A DNA stretch of 64,000 bases from Escherichia phage vB_EcoM_SA20RB: the sequence record OL960581; one strand, written 5' to 3'. Shown piece after piece: positions 10,914-22,032 of the stretch. The position numbers were made by a program, and so were the translations under genes. Each line of letters opens with the position of its first letter. Positions within the stretch are counted from its first letter, which is position 1. The notes under the pieces are model-generated. The model did no database searches. It had not been told where the DNA came from and saw only the letters and a list, made by a program, of their open reading frames with translations.

Positions 10914-11594
10914 TTATTTTAATGTTACGAAAGAAGAATTGCGTGTTTCACGAATTAGAACTGATCCGTCGCGATTAATGTAATAAATTAAGCTAAATAA
11001 AGTTTGGTGTGCCAACGCATGTTCAAAACTAGTTGGGTGAGATTTCCAATCCGGAGTTTCAGCAATCCACTGGTAAATCCACCAAGGAACAGTGCAGAAT
11101 CCTGGATTTTTTCCAATTAGCTGAAGATTCGGACTAAAGTTTTCCGGAAGAGTAAATACAGACGGCTTTTCAGATTCAATAATCTCAGCTACAGCCTGTT
11201 CGAATTTTTCTTCAACAAAAGGAGTATCTTCAATCAAAACATCGGTATTTTCAGGAATTTTATCCGTTTCTACTACTTCAATTTTAATGTCAGATTTAAC
11301 CGGAGAATCAATCAGAAGTGCTGCTTCTGGATTGACTTCTTCATCGTCATATTTTAACCCCTCTGCAGCATCAGCAGCATTGATTAAGTCTTTAATAGAT
11401 AACCCATCAGTCTCTGGCATAGGTTCACTAGCGAGCTTCTGGAGGGCTTCTTCAATATCAACAACGATATTATCAAAAGATTTATTCTTTTTGACCTTTA
11501 TACCAAACTGTTCAGCATATTCAGCTAATTTAGCCTTAGCTTCTTTATTATCATCAAGAGCCTTCAGCTCTGCAATATAATCTTTATCTATCAT
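10914..11594 (-). CDS. inh: Inh, inhibitor of prohead protease
   Basis: 226-aa ORF convergent with hoc, T4 position and length. Confidence 0.8.
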   Translation of the reverse strand: MIDKDYIAELKALDDNKEAKAKLAEYAEQFGIKVKKNKSFDNIVVDIEEALQKLASEPMPETDGLSIKDLINAADAAEGLKYDDEEVNPEAALLIDSPVKSDIKIEVVETDKIPENTDVLIEDTPFVEEKFEQAVAEIIESEKPSVFTLPENFSPNLQLIGKNPGFCTVPWWIYQWIAETPDWKSHPTSFEHALAHQTLFSLIYYINRDGSVLIRETRNSSFVTLK

Positions 11595-11607
11595 AATATT
11601 TCCTCAG

Positions 11608-11615
11608 TATAAATA
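11608..11615 (+). promoter_or_regulatory. T4-type late promoter TATAAATA before uvsW
   Basis: Exact TATAAATA 30 nt upstream of uvsW ATG. Confidence 0.55.
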
Positions 11616-11644
11616 TAGATATATTTATTACATGGTATTTAGAC

Positions 11645-13156
11645 ATGACTGACATTAAAGTACATTTTTATGATTTTAGTCACGTGAGAATTGATTGTGA
11701 AGAAAGTACATTTCATGAACTCCGTGATTTCTTTAGCTTTGAAGCTGATGGGTATCGTTTTAATCCGAAGTACAAATATGGCCACTGGGATGGACGAATC
11801 CGTCTTTTAGATTATAATCGTCTTCTTCCATTCGGCTTAGTCGGACAAATTAAAAAGTTCTGCGATAACTTTGGCTATAAAGCTTGGATTGACCCACAGA
11901 TTAACGAAAAAGAAGAATTATCAAGAAAAGATTTTGATGAATGGCTTTCTAAGTTAGAAATCTATTCAGGAAATAAAAGAATTGAACCACACTGGTATCA
12001 AAAAGATGCAGTGTTCGAAGGATTAGTTAATCGTCGTAGAATTCTTAATCTTCCAACATCCGCAGGTAAATCTTTAATTCAAGCTTTGCTTGCACGTTAT
12101 TATTTGGAAAATTATGAAGGTAAAATTCTTATCATTGTTCCAACAACTGCTCTGACAACTCAGATGGCTGATGACTTTGTTGACTATCGTTTATTCAGTC
12201 ATGCAATGATAAAGAAAATCGGCGGTGGAGCATCAAAAGATGATAAATATAAAAATGATGCACCGGTAATTGTTGGTACATGGCAAACTGTAGTAAAACA
12301 ACCAAAAGAATGGTTCTCACAGTTTGGAATGATGATGAATGATGAATGCCATCTTGCCACAGGAAAAAGTATTTCATCTATCATATCAGGTTTAAATAAC
12401 TGCATGTTCAAATTCGGTTTGTCTGGTTCATTACGTGATGGCAAAGCCAATATCATGCAGTATGTTGGAATGTTTGGTGAAATATTTAAGCCAGTAACGA
12501 CTTCTAAATTAATGGAAGATGGACAAGTAACTGAGCTAAAAATTAATAGTATTTTTCTTCGTTATCCTGATGAGTTCACTACTAAATTAAAGGGAAAAAC
12601 TTACCAAGAAGAAATAAAAATTATTACTGGGCTCAGTAAAAGAAATAAATGGATCGCTAAATTAGCTATTAAACTTGCGCAAAAAGATGAAAACGCTTTT
12701 GTCATGTTTAAGCATGTATCACATGGTAAAGCTATTTTCGATTTAATTAAAAATGAATACGATAAAGTTTATTACGTATCAGGGGAAGTTGATACCGAAA
12801 CACGCAACGTAATGAAAACCCTAGCTGAAAACGGTAAAGGAATAATTATAGTAGCTAGTTATGGTGTATTTTCTACTGGTATTTCAGTTAAAAATCTGCA
12901 TCACGTTGTTTTAGCACACGGTGTTAAATCTAAAATTATTGTATTGCAAACAATAGGTCGCGTATTACGTAAGCATGGTTCTAAAACAATCGCAACGGTC
13001 TGGGACCTCATAGATGATTGCGGTGTTAAGCCAAAATCTGCTAATACGAAAAAGAAATATGTTCATTTGAACTATCTTTTAAAACACGGCATTGATCGTA
13101 TTCAGCGATACGCAGATGAAAAATTTAATTACGTAATGAAAACAGTTAATTTATAA
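11645..13156 (+). CDS. uvsW: UvsW DNA/RNA helicase (SF2)
   Basis: 503-aa ORF; Walker A PTSAGKS and DECH box (MMNDECH). Confidence 0.93.
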   Translation: MTDIKVHFYDFSHVRIDCEESTFHELRDFFSFEADGYRFNPKYKYGHWDGRIRLLDYNRLLPFGLVGQIKKFCDNFGYKAWIDPQINEKEELSRKDFDEWLSKLEIYSGNKRIEPHWYQKDAVFEGLVNRRRILNLPTSAGKSLIQALLARYYLENYEGKILIIVPTTALTTQMADDFVDYRLFSHAMIKKIGGGASKDDKYKNDAPVIVGTWQTVVKQPKEWFSQFGMMMNDECHLATGKSISSIISGLNNCMFKFGLSGSLRDGKANIMQYVGMFGEIFKPVTTSKLMEDGQVTELKINSIFLRYPDEFTTKLKGKTYQEEIKIITGLSKRNKWIAKLAIKLAQKDENAFVMFKHVSHGKAIFDLIKNEYDKVYYVSGEVDTETRNVMKTLAENGKGIIIVASYGVFSTGISVKNLHHVVLAHGVKSKIIVLQTIGRVLRKHGSKTIATVWDLIDDCGVKPKSANTKKKYVHLNYLLKHGIDRIQRYADEKFNYVMKTVNL

Positions 13157-13181
13157 GGGCTTTGGCCCTTTGGAGAAAAAG

Positions 13182-13412
13182 ATGTTACTAGAATTTAAAC
13201 AATTTCTTTATGAAGCTTCTATTGATGAATTTATGGGTAAAATTGCCTCTTGTCAAACATTAGAAGGTCTAGAAGAACTTGAAGCTTATTACAAGAAAAG
13301 AGTTAAAGAAACTGAATTAAAAGATACTGATGACATCTCTGTGAGAGATGCTTTGGCAGGAAAAAGAGCTGAATTAGAAGATTCAGACGATGAAGTAGAA
13401 GAAAGCTTTTAA
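13182..13412 (+). CDS. uvsW.1: UvsW.1 small acidic protein
   Basis: Track ORF starts at TTG 13170; ATG at 13182 with GGAG RBS gives 76 aa. Confidence 0.7.
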   Translation: MLLEFKQFLYEASIDEFMGKIASCQTLEGLEELEAYYKKRVKETELKDTDDISVRDALAGKRAELEDSDDEVEESF

Positions 13413-13467
13413 ATTAAAAAAGGCCCAACCAAAAAGGAAGGGCCAAAACTATAGACTAAAGGTCACA

Positions 13468-13635
13468 CTATAGCAAAAGTTGTGTTTCATTTAATTGTTC
13501 TTCCGAACTTTCTGAAACTGGTAGTTCTTTAATGTAATTATAACAAGGCCCAGGATGTACAGGACCTTTGTCTGTTTCAACAACCAATGCAGAATCGATT
13601 GGAGTTTTACAGACAACACAAATCTTATCTGACAT
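13468..13635 (-). CDS. Small Cys-containing protein (T4 uvsY.-2 position), 55 aa
   Basis: ATG-to-TAG ORF below the track length cutoff, translated by hand: MSDKICVVCKTPIDS...HPGPCYNY; RBS GGAG upstream. Confidence 0.55.
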   Translation of the reverse strand: MSDKICVVCKTPIDSALVVETDKGPVHPGPCYNYIKELPVSESSEEQLNETQLLL

Positions 13636-13663
13636 GATTGTCTCCTCTAAATTATATATCTAT

Positions 13664-13888
13664 TTATATAACTCTCATATGCATATCAATGCCCATATCT
13701 TTAGAATAAAAATATTCATCAAGATATCCGGCAAATTTTCCTTTAATATAAAGTACATCTTCACCGCATGGATGGTCGGCCAGGATACGAATATCCTGAC
13801 GCTTGAGATTATACTTTTTCATTAAGAATTGAATTTCCGTTTCAAATTCTTCTTCATAATTAAAAGCATCATCAATGCTATATTTCAT
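13664..13888 (-). CDS. Hypothetical protein (T4 uvsY.-1 position)
   Basis: 74-aa ORF, start codon overlaps uvsY stop. Confidence 0.6.
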   Translation of the reverse strand: MKYSIDDAFNYEEEFETEIQFLMKKYNLKRQDIRILADHPCGEDVLYIKGKFAGYLDEYFYSKDMGIDMHMRVI

Positions 13889-14301
13889 TATTTTCCAGCC
13901 TCAAATGCTCGCATGTCTTGAATATGCTTAATAGCAAATCCACGTGATTTAATAGCATCAAGAGCTCCGCTACAGAAATCCAATAAAATTCCCCAATATT
14001 GTAATGAAGTATCAACTTTTAAAACATCCTTATCAGCTGATAGAACTGTCTTCATTTCTGATTTCTCATAACGGTCCATACTAAATTCATCACCATCTCC
14101 TCGTCCCGAGTAGTAGTCTAATTTAGCTTTAAGAGCAACTTTTTTCTGTGCGTCAATTCTAAGCATTTCCTTTTTAATACTTGAATGCTTATTGAGCCAT
14201 TTACTATATAACATCACATTATTAGCTGCTTCATACTGTAATTTAGTCGAATCTATAAACACATCTTTCTTCAATTCTTCTTGAAGATCTTCTAATTTCA
14301 T
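13888..14301 (-). CDS. uvsY: UvsY recombination mediator
   Basis: 137-aa ORF, T4 UvsY length and position. Confidence 0.9.
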   Translation of the reverse strand: MKLEDLQEELKKDVFIDSTKLQYEAANNVMLYSKWLNKHSSIKKEMLRIDAQKKVALKAKLDYYSGRGDGDEFSMDRYEKSEMKTVLSADKDVLKVDTSLQYWGILLDFCSGALDAIKSRGFAIKHIQDMRAFEAGK

Positions 14302-14341
14302 ATTGTTCTCTATTCAATTGTTATTGGATGGACTTAGATTC

Positions 14342-14369
14342 ATTATACCACGTTTATACGTGAAGCATT
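14342..14369 (-). promoter_or_regulatory. MotA-dependent middle promoter before uvsY (MotA box TGCTTCA, 13-nt spacer, TATAAT)
   Basis: Minus strand reads aaTGCTTCAcgtataaacgtggTATAATg ending about 40 nt upstream of uvsY ATG. Confidence 0.55.
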
Positions 14370-14766
14370 ATACTCTGTTACTGGAAGCCAGTTGTAGTTT
14401 TATCTGCTCAATATCATCAGGGTTATCGATGACCGAAAAGCGTATTTCTACTATCAGAGTATAATCATCATAAACTGGTATTACATTAACTGCTAATTTA
14501 TCAATACGTGGCTCGTAGTTTCTTACTGCGCTTTCAATGTTACGCTCAACAGTATCAGCAGTAAGAGGAGTCATATTCTCAAAAAGCTGATCAGATAAAT
14601 CGCATCCAAATTCTGGGTCAAATGGCCTTGACCCTTTCCTGGTTGTAATAATTCCTAAAAGACTATTTTTAATTGACCTTAATCCAAGAGATCTGGAAAC
14701 GTCTTTGTCCCAATCCATTTTCATTTCTGGGTCAATGTCAGAATAAAGCTTATTAATATTTGCCAT
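14368..14766 (-). CDS. 25: Baseplate wedge protein gp25
   Basis: 132-aa ORF, T4 length and position. Confidence 0.9.
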   Translation of the reverse strand: MANINKLYSDIDPEMKMDWDKDVSRSLGLRSIKNSLLGIITTRKGSRPFDPEFGCDLSDQLFENMTPLTADTVERNIESAVRNYEPRIDKLAVNVIPVYDDYTLIVEIRFSVIDNPDDIEQIKLQLASSNRV

Positions 14767-15392
14767 TACAATAGCTCAAAGAATTCTTTGAGTCCTCTTA
14801 TTACATGAGCGTGAGATTTTCCACACTCTGGACACTTAATTGGAACAGCCAAATAAACAGTAGGCTTTAAAAGCATATCTTTTATAGCTACAATATCTGA
14901 CTCTGTGATGATAGAATATAAATCTTCCAACTCTTTTTCATTTAAGTCTTCAATTGGAATGCTTTCACCGTTAGCATGAATCGTTTCTATACATGATACT
15001 ATCATGTGGGCTATATTTTTATCATCAAAAATTTTAGGGTAATGGAACTTAATTTTAATGTCACCCAGTGTATACCAGAGGTCTTCTGGTGCATCTATTT
15101 GTGTATGTAATAGATTTATATGGGTTGGTATTTCAGTTCCGCAGGTGCACTTCCAGGAGTTTTCGTGATTAACTTCTCCAAGAGAATGTGCCCATAAATG
15201 AATCAATAGTAGTTCTGATTCTTGGCGGTTTAAATCTTTTGCATTTGTGCATTCTTTGATTAGCTTTTTAACGATCTCTTCTACTGAACCGTTCTTTTTA
15301 GCAGTAATAAGTTCTAGATATTCTTTAAGAGTAAATGCGCGACAGTTGATTATTTTAGAACCAACTCTCACATCAAATTTGTATTCATACAT
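14766..15392 (-). CDS. 26: Baseplate hub protein gp26
   Basis: 208-aa ORF, stop overlaps gene 25 start. Confidence 0.88.
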   Translation of the reverse strand: MYEYKFDVRVGSKIINCRAFTLKEYLELITAKKNGSVEEIVKKLIKECTNAKDLNRQESELLLIHLWAHSLGEVNHENSWKCTCGTEIPTHINLLHTQIDAPEDLWYTLGDIKIKFHYPKIFDDKNIAHMIVSCIETIHANGESIPIEDLNEKELEDLYSIITESDIVAIKDMLLKPTVYLAVPIKCPECGKSHAHVIRGLKEFFELL

Positions 15393-15413
15393 ATTTAGCT
15401 CCTTTATTTATCA

Positions 15414-15425
15414 TATTTATAAATA
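15414..15425. promoter_or_regulatory. Back-to-back divergent late promoters in palindrome TATTTATAAATA (genes 26 and 51)
   Basis: TATAAATA on plus 15418-15425 and on minus 15414-15421 in the 50-bp divergent intergenic region. Confidence 0.55.
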
Positions 15426-15442
15426 GAATAAAAGGAGCATCT

Positions 15443-16192
15443 ATGGCAAACATTATTCGTTGTAAATTACCAGATGGTGTTCATCGTTTTAAACCATTTA
15501 CGGTAGAAGATTATCGAGATTTTTTGTTAGTTCGAAACGATATAGAACATCGGTCACCACAAGAACAAAAAGAAATAATTGCTGATTTAATTGCTGATTA
15601 TTTTGGAGACTATCCGAAGACTTGGCAACCATTTATATTTTTGCAGGTATTTGTAGGGTCAATAGGTAAAACTAAAGTACCGGTCACATTTGTATGTCCA
15701 AAATGTAAAAAAGAAAAGACAGTTCCATTTGAAATATATCAAAAAGAATTAAAGGAACCTGTTTTTGATGTAGCTAATGTTAAAATTAAATTAAAGTTTC
15801 CTTCTGAGTTTTATGAAAATAAAGCAAAGATGATTACTGAAAATATTCATTCTGTTCAAGTAGATGAAACATGGTATGATTGGAAGGAAATTAGTGAATC
15901 AAGTCAAATAGAACTTGTTGATGCCATCGAGATAGAAACATTAGAAAAAATTCTCGATGCAATGAATCCTATTAATTTAACGCTACACATGTCCTGCTGT
16001 GATAAGTATGTAAAAAAATACACTGATATAGTAGATGTGTTTAAGCTATTAGTTAACCCAGATGAGATATTTACTTTTTATCAAATTAATCACACACTCG
16101 TAAAAAGTAATTATAGCTTAAATTCAATAATGAAAATGATTCCTGCCGAGCGCGGATTCGTATTAAAACTGATTGAGAAGGATAAACAATAA
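15443..16192 (+). CDS. 51: Baseplate hub assembly catalyst gp51
   Basis: 249-aa ORF, T4 position and length. Confidence 0.88.
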   Translation: MANIIRCKLPDGVHRFKPFTVEDYRDFLLVRNDIEHRSPQEQKEIIADLIADYFGDYPKTWQPFIFLQVFVGSIGKTKVPVTFVCPKCKKEKTVPFEIYQKELKEPVFDVANVKIKLKFPSEFYENKAKMITENIHSVQVDETWYDWKEISESSQIELVDAIEIETLEKILDAMNPINLTLHMSCCDKYVKKYTDIVDVFKLLVNPDEIFTFYQINHTLVKSNYSLNSIMKMIPAERGFVLKLIEKDKQ

Positions 16193-17367
16193 TGAGTATG
16201 TTGCAACGCCCAGGATATCCAAATCTCAGCGTTAAATTATTTGATAGCTACGACGCTTGGAGTAATAATAGATTTGTTGAATTAGCTGCTACTATTACCA
16301 CATTAACTATGCGGGATTCTCTTTATGGCCGAAATGAAGGAATGCTGCAGTTTTATGATTCTAAAAATATCCATACAAAAATGGATGGAAATGAAATAAT
16401 TCAGATTTCTGTAGCTAATGCAAACGATATTAATAATGTTAAAACACGAATTTATGGATGTAAGCATTTTTCCGTGTCAGTAGATTCAAAGGGTGATAAC
16501 ATCATTGCTATTGAATTGGGAACTATTCATTCTATAGAAAATCTTAAATTTGGCAGACCGTTTTTCCCTGATGCAGGTGAATCTATAAAGGAAATGCTTG
16601 GCGTCATTTATCAAGATCGCACATTATTAACTCCAGCGATAAATGCTATAAATGCTTATGTTCCTGATATTCCGTGGACTAGCACATTTGAAAACTATTT
16701 GTCGTATGTCAGAGAAGTTGCTCTAGCTGTAGGAAGTGACAAATTTGTGTTTGTGTGGCAAGACATCATGGGAGTTAACATGATGGACTATGATATGATG
16801 ATAAATCAAGAACCGTATCCAATGATTGTCGGTGAGCCATCTTTAATAGGCCAATTCATCCAAGAATTAAAATATCCATTAGCATATGATTTCGTTTGGT
16901 TGACTAAATCGAATCCTCACAAACGTGACCCAATGAAAAACGCTACTATCTATGCGCATTCATTTTTAGATTCTTCATTGCCAATGATTACTACAGGAAA
17001 GGGCGAAAACTCTATTGTAGTGTCAAGGTCAGGTGCTTATTCTGAAATGACTTATAGGAATGGATATGAAGAAGCTATTCGTCTTCAAACTATGGCACAA
17101 TACGATGGCTATGCTAAATGTTCTACTGTCGGTAATTTTAACTTGACTCCTGGCGTTAAAATTATTTTTAATGATAGTAAAAACCAATTTAAAACAGAAT
17201 TTTACGTTGATGAAGTTATCCATGAATTATCTAATAATAATTCAGTAACTCATTTATATATGTTCACTAATGCAACGAAACTGGAAACAATAGACCCAGT
17301 TAAGGTTAAAAATGAATTTAAATCTGATACTACCACTGAAGAAAGTAGTTCTTCCAATAAGCAATAA
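16192..17367 (+). CDS. 27: Baseplate hub protein gp27
   Basis: 391-aa ORF. Confidence 0.92.
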   Translation: MSMLQRPGYPNLSVKLFDSYDAWSNNRFVELAATITTLTMRDSLYGRNEGMLQFYDSKNIHTKMDGNEIIQISVANANDINNVKTRIYGCKHFSVSVDSKGDNIIAIELGTIHSIENLKFGRPFFPDAGESIKEMLGVIYQDRTLLTPAINAINAYVPDIPWTSTFENYLSYVREVALAVGSDKFVFVWQDIMGVNMMDYDMMINQEPYPMIVGEPSLIGQFIQELKYPLAYDFVWLTKSNPHKRDPMKNATIYAHSFLDSSLPMITTGKGENSIVVSRSGAYSEMTYRNGYEEAIRLQTMAQYDGYAKCSTVGNFNLTPGVKIIFNDSKNQFKTEFYVDEVIHELSNNNSVTHLYMFTNATKLETIDPVKVKNEFKSDTTTEESSSSNKQ

Positions 17368-17845
17368 AGAAGTTTCTATTCCTAAAATGGGTCTTAAACA
17401 TTATAACATTTTAAAAGATGTTAAAGGTCCTGATGAAAATTTAAAACTTCTTATTGATTCTATTTGCCCGAATTTATCACCAGCAGAAGTTGATTTCGTT
17501 TCCATTCATTTATTGGAATTTAATGGAAAGATTAAATCTCGTAAAGAAATAGATGGTTATACTTATGACATTAATGATGTTTATGTATGCCAAAGATTAG
17601 AATTTCAATACCAAGGAAATACATTTTATTTTAGACCTCCTGGAAAATTTGAACAATTTTTAACGGTGAGCGATATGTTATCCAAATGCTTGCTTAAGGT
17701 CAATGATGAAGTTAAAGAAATTAATTTTCTTGAGATGCCAGCATTCGTTTTAAAATGGGCAAATGATATTTTTACAACTTTAGCAATTCCTGGCCCTAAT
17801 GGTCCAATAACCGGAATTGGCAATATTATTGGATTATTTGAATGA
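17312..17845 (+). CDS. 28: Baseplate hub distal protein gp28
   Basis: 177-aa ORF overlapping 3' end of gene 27. Confidence 0.85.
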   Translation: MNLNLILPLKKVVLPISNKEVSIPKMGLKHYNILKDVKGPDENLKLLIDSICPNLSPAEVDFVSIHLLEFNGKIKSRKEIDGYTYDINDVYVCQRLEFQYQGNTFYFRPPGKFEQFLTVSDMLSKCLLKVNDEVKEINFLEMPAFVLKWANDIFTTLAIPGPNGPITGIGNIIGLFE

Positions 17846-19614
17846 AAAAGCCACAAGAAATGCAAACGATGCGTAGAAAAGTTATTTCAGATAATAAACC
17901 AACACAGGAAGCAGCTAAATCCGCTTCTAACACTTTATCTGGACTTAACGATATATCTACGAAATTGGATGATGCTCAAGCTGCTTCTGAATTAATTGCT
18001 CAAACTGTCGAAGAAAAATCGAATGAAATAATTGGAGCAATTGACAATGTAGAAAGCGCAGTGAGTGATACTACTGCTGGTTCTGAGTTAATTGCTGAAA
18101 CTGTCGAAATTGGCAATAATATTAATAAAGAAATCGGTGAATCGCTCGGAAGTAAATTAGATAAATTAACAAGTTTACTCGAGCAAAAAATCCAGACAGC
18201 CGGAATTCAACAAACAGGAACTAGTTTAGCTACGGTTGAAAGCGCTATTCCTGTTAAAGTTGTTGAGGACGATACAGCTGAATCTGTGGGTCCTTTATTA
18301 CCGGCTCCTGAAGCAGTTAATAATGATCCTGATGCTGATTTTTTCCCTACCCCTCAGCCAGTTGAACCTAAACAAGAATCGCCAGAAGAAAAACAGAAAA
18401 AAGACGCATTTAACTTAAAATTATCTCAAGCTTTAGATAAATTAACAAAGACTGTTGATTTTGGATTTAAGAAATCTATTTCAATTACTGATAAAATATC
18501 AAGCATGTTATTTAAGTATACCGTCAGTGCTGCTATTGAAGCCGCTAAAATGACTGCAATGATATTGGCTGTTGTTGTTGGAATAGATCTGCTGATGGTT
18601 CATTTCAAATATTGGTCAGATAAATTTTCGCAGGCTTGGGATTTGTTTAGTTCAAACTTTACTAAATTCTCTAGCGAAACCGGAACATGGGGTCCTTTAT
18701 TACAGAGCATCTTTAGTTCTATTGATGAAATTAAAAAATTCTGGGAAGAGGGAGATTGGGGCGGTTTGACGGTAGCTATTGTAGAAGGGCTTGGAAAGGT
18801 TCTTTATAATTTAGGAGAACTTATTCAGCTTGGAATGGCTAAATTATCTGCTGCAATTCTTCGAGTCATTCCTGGCATGAAGGATACCGCTGATGAAGTA
18901 GAAGGAAGAGCACTAGAAAATTTCCAAAATTCTACTGGAGCATCTCTCAATAAAGAAGACCAGGAAAAAGTTGCAAATTATCAAGATAAACGAATGAACG
19001 GAGACCTTGGTCCGATAGCAAAAGGATTAGATAAAATTGCTAATTGGAAAACTCGTGCATCTAACTGGATTCGTGGCGTTGATAATAAAGAAGCACTAAC
19101 TACCGACGAAGAACGCGCAGCAGAAGAAGAAAAATTAAAGCAACTTTCACCAGAAGAAAGAAAAAATGCTTTAATGAAGGCTAATGAAGCCCGGGCCGCG
19201 ATGATTCGTTTTGAAAAATATGCTGATTCAGCTGATATGAGTAAAGACTCAACGGTTAAATCAGTTGAAGCTGCCTATGAAGACCTTAAAAAACGGATGG
19301 ATGACCCGGATTTAAATAATTCACCGGCAGTTAAAAAAGAACTTGCTGCTAGATTTTCTAAAATTGATGCTACTTATCAAGAGCTCAAGAAAAATCAGCC
19401 TAATGCCAAACCTGAAACTTCTGCTAAATCGCCAGAAGCAAAACAAGTCCAGGTAATAGAAAAGAACAAAGCACAGCAAGCTCCTGTTCAACAAGCATCT
19501 CCTTCAATCAATAATACTAATAATGTTATTAAGAAAAATACTGTCGTTCATAATATGACACCCGTAACGAGCACGACTGCTCCTGGTGTATTTGATGCGA
19601 CCGGAGTTAATTAA
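17842..19614 (+). CDS. 29: Baseplate hub / tail length determinator gp29
   Basis: 590-aa ORF. Confidence 0.9.
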   Translation: MKKPQEMQTMRRKVISDNKPTQEAAKSASNTLSGLNDISTKLDDAQAASELIAQTVEEKSNEIIGAIDNVESAVSDTTAGSELIAETVEIGNNINKEIGESLGSKLDKLTSLLEQKIQTAGIQQTGTSLATVESAIPVKVVEDDTAESVGPLLPAPEAVNNDPDADFFPTPQPVEPKQESPEEKQKKDAFNLKLSQALDKLTKTVDFGFKKSISITDKISSMLFKYTVSAAIEAAKMTAMILAVVVGIDLLMVHFKYWSDKFSQAWDLFSSNFTKFSSETGTWGPLLQSIFSSIDEIKKFWEEGDWGGLTVAIVEGLGKVLYNLGELIQLGMAKLSAAILRVIPGMKDTADEVEGRALENFQNSTGASLNKEDQEKVANYQDKRMNGDLGPIAKGLDKIANWKTRASNWIRGVDNKEALTTDEERAAEEEKLKQLSPEERKNALMKANEARAAMIRFEKYADSADMSKDSTVKSVEAAYEDLKKRMDDPDLNNSPAVKKELAARFSKIDATYQELKKNQPNAKPETSAKSPEAKQVQVIEKNKAQQAPVQQASPSINNTNNVIKKNTVVHNMTPVTSTTAPGVFDATGVN

Positions 19615-19622
19615 GGAATAAT

Positions 19623-20717
19623 ATGGCAATTGTTAAAGAAATAACTGCTGATTTAATTAAAAAGTCCGGTGAGAAAATTTCAGCCGGACAGAGTACTAAA
19701 TCAGAAGTAGCAACTAAAACATACACTGCCCAGTTTCCAACTGGGCGTGCTAGTGGTAATGACACTACAGGGGACTTCCAGGTAACAGATCTATATAAGA
19801 ATGGATTATTATTTACTGCATACAATATGTCATCTAGGGATTCTGGAAGTCTTAGATCGATGAGATCTAACTACTCTTCTTCATCTTCGAGTATTTTAAG
19901 TACAGCTAGAAACACTATTAGTAGTACAGTATCAAAACTATCAAATGGATTAATATCAAACAATAATTCAGGAACAATAAGTAAAGCTCCTGTGGCAAAT
20001 ATTCTTTTGCCGAGATCTAAATCTGATGTTGATACATCATCACACCGATTTAATGATGTTCAAGAAAGTCTTATCAGCAGAGGCGGAGGTACTGCTACTG
20101 GCGTGTTAAGTAATATTGCTTCAACTGCAGTATTTGGTGCGCTAGAAAGTATAACACAAGGTATAATGGCTGATAATAATGAACAGATTTATACGACAGC
20201 CAGAAGTATGTATGGCGGTGCTGAGAATAGAACTAAAGTGTTTACATGGGATTTGACTCCACGTTCAACAGAAGATTTAATGGCTATTATTAATATCTAT
20301 CAATATTTTAACTATTTTTCTTATGGTGAAACGGGCAAATCTCAATATGCTGCTGAAATAAAGGGGTATTTGGATGATTGGTATCGTTCTACGTTAATTG
20401 AACCTTTATCTCCGGAAGACGCAGCTAAAAATAAAACGCTATTTGAGAAAATGACATCGAGTTTAACTAACGTTCTAGTAGTTTCAAACCCGACAATTTG
20501 GATGGTGAAAAACTTTGGTGCAACATCTAAGTTTGATGGAAAAACGGAAATATTTGGCCCATGCCAAATACAGAGCATCAGATTTGATAAAACACCTAAT
20601 GGTAACTTTAACGGATTAGCTATTGCTCCAAACCTCCCTAGTACATTTACTCTTGAGATTACTATGAGAGAAATTATCACGTTAAACCGTGCTTCTTTAT
20701 ATGCGGGGACTTTTTAA
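19623..20717 (+). CDS. 48: Baseplate tail tube cap gp48
   Basis: 364-aa ORF. Confidence 0.9.
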   Translation: MAIVKEITADLIKKSGEKISAGQSTKSEVATKTYTAQFPTGRASGNDTTGDFQVTDLYKNGLLFTAYNMSSRDSGSLRSMRSNYSSSSSSILSTARNTISSTVSKLSNGLISNNNSGTISKAPVANILLPRSKSDVDTSSHRFNDVQESLISRGGGTATGVLSNIASTAVFGALESITQGIMADNNEQIYTTARSMYGGAENRTKVFTWDLTPRSTEDLMAIINIYQYFNYFSYGETGKSQYAAEIKGYLDDWYRSTLIEPLSPEDAAKNKTLFEKMTSSLTNVLVVSNPTIWMVKNFGATSKFDGKTEIFGPCQIQSIRFDKTPNGNFNGLAIAPNLPSTFTLEITMREIITLNRASLYAGTF

Positions 20718-21682
20718 TGTATTCTTTAGAGGAATTTAATAATCAAGCAATAAACGCAGATTTCCAACGTAATAATATGTTTAGCTGCGTTTTTGCGACA
20801 ACTCCATCAACTAAAAGCTCTTCGTTGATAAGTTCAATTAGCAACTTTTCTTATAATAACTTGGGTCTAAATTCAGATTGGTTAGGATTGACTCAAGGCG
20901 ATATTAATCAGGGAATTACCACGCTAATTACTGCTGGCACACAAAAACTGATAAGAAAATCAGGGGTTAGTAAATATCTTATTGGTGCCATGAGTCAACG
21001 CACAGTTCAAAGTTTATTGGGCTCATTTACAGTTGGTACATATTTAATTGACTTCTTTAACATGGCATATAACTCATCTGGATTGATGATATATTCTGTA
21101 AAAATGCCAGAGAATAGATTATCCTATGAAACTGACTGGAACTATAATTCTCCTAATATTCGTATAACTGGGAGAGAATTAGACCCTTTGGTTATTTCAT
21201 TTAGAATGGATTCAGAAGCTTGTAACTATCGTGCAATGCAAGACTGGGTTAACGCTGTTCAAGACCCAGTAACTGGATTGCGTGCTTTGCCACAAGATGT
21301 CGAGGCAGATATTCAGGTTAATCTTCATGCTCGTAATGGATTACCTCATACTGCGGTGATGTTCACTGGATGCATTCCAGTGTCAGTGAGCGCTCCTGAG
21401 TTATCATATGATGGAGATAACCAAATAACTACATTTGATGTTACTTTTGCGTATAGAGTCATGCAGGCTGGGTCGGTTGATAGACAAGCTGCGCTTGAAT
21501 GGCTTGAATCTGCTGCTATAAACGGTATTCAAAGCGTTCTTGGAAATAGTGGAGGTGTTACTGGACTATCTAATTCGCTTTCACGACTTAGTAGATTAGG
21601 AGGAACTGCTGGAAGCATTTCAAACATTAATACTATGACGGGAATTGTCAACTCGCAAAGTAAAATATTAGGAGCAATATAA
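20717..21682 (+). CDS. 54: Baseplate tail tube initiator gp54
   Basis: 321-aa ORF, gp19/gp48 paralogue. Confidence 0.9.
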   Translation: MYSLEEFNNQAINADFQRNNMFSCVFATTPSTKSSSLISSISNFSYNNLGLNSDWLGLTQGDINQGITTLITAGTQKLIRKSGVSKYLIGAMSQRTVQSLLGSFTVGTYLIDFFNMAYNSSGLMIYSVKMPENRLSYETDWNYNSPNIRITGRELDPLVISFRMDSEACNYRAMQDWVNAVQDPVTGLRALPQDVEADIQVNLHARNGLPHTAVMFTGCIPVSVSAPELSYDGDNQITTFDVTFAYRVMQAGSVDRQAALEWLESAAINGIQSVLGNSGGVTGLSNSLSRLSRLGGTAGSISNINTMTGIVNSQSKILGAI

Positions 21683-21685
21683 CAA

Positions 21686-21705
21686 TGGGGACCTTTCGGT
21701 CCCCA
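21686..21705. terminator. Bidirectional terminator hairpin TGGGGACC-TTTC-GGTCCCCA between 54 and the alt block
   Basis: 8-bp perfect stem, T-run on plus side. Confidence 0.6.
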
Positions 21706-21710
21706 TATTT

Positions 21711-22001
21711 TTATTTACGGAATGAAATAAAAGCAGCAACTGAAGCAACTAAACTGTCTTCAATATAAACTTCAATTTTTACCGGAGCTTCTGACTCAAA
21801 TTTACCTGTTACTACACCTTGGAAAATGCTTTCAGTCTGTTCTGGCTTTGAAAAATTTTCAGAAGGAAAAATTCCGAACTTTTTATCTGTTCCAAAAATT
21901 TTGATAAATTCATCGTAAACCGCTTCATTAAAAGCATTATCAGCAGGAATAACGCCTTCAACTACGAGTTCTTGACCTAAAAAGCGCAAAGAAGATTTCA
22001 T
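21711..22001 (-). CDS. Hypothetical protein (T4 alt.-3 position)
   Basis: 96-aa ORF with ATG start. Confidence 0.6.
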   Translation of the reverse strand: MKSSLRFLGQELVVEGVIPADNAFNEAVYDEFIKIFGTDKKFGIFPSENFSKPEQTESIFQGVVTGKFESEAPVKIEVYIEDSLVASVAAFISFRK

Positions 22002-22032
22002 TTTGTGTTCCTCATGTTATATCAGTAAGTCT

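Noticed and set aside
13568-13825. 85-aa plus-strand ORF
   Set aside because: Overlaps the minus-strand uvsY.-1 and the micro-ORF; low-complexity A/T-rich translation; the strand polarity of the operon argues against it
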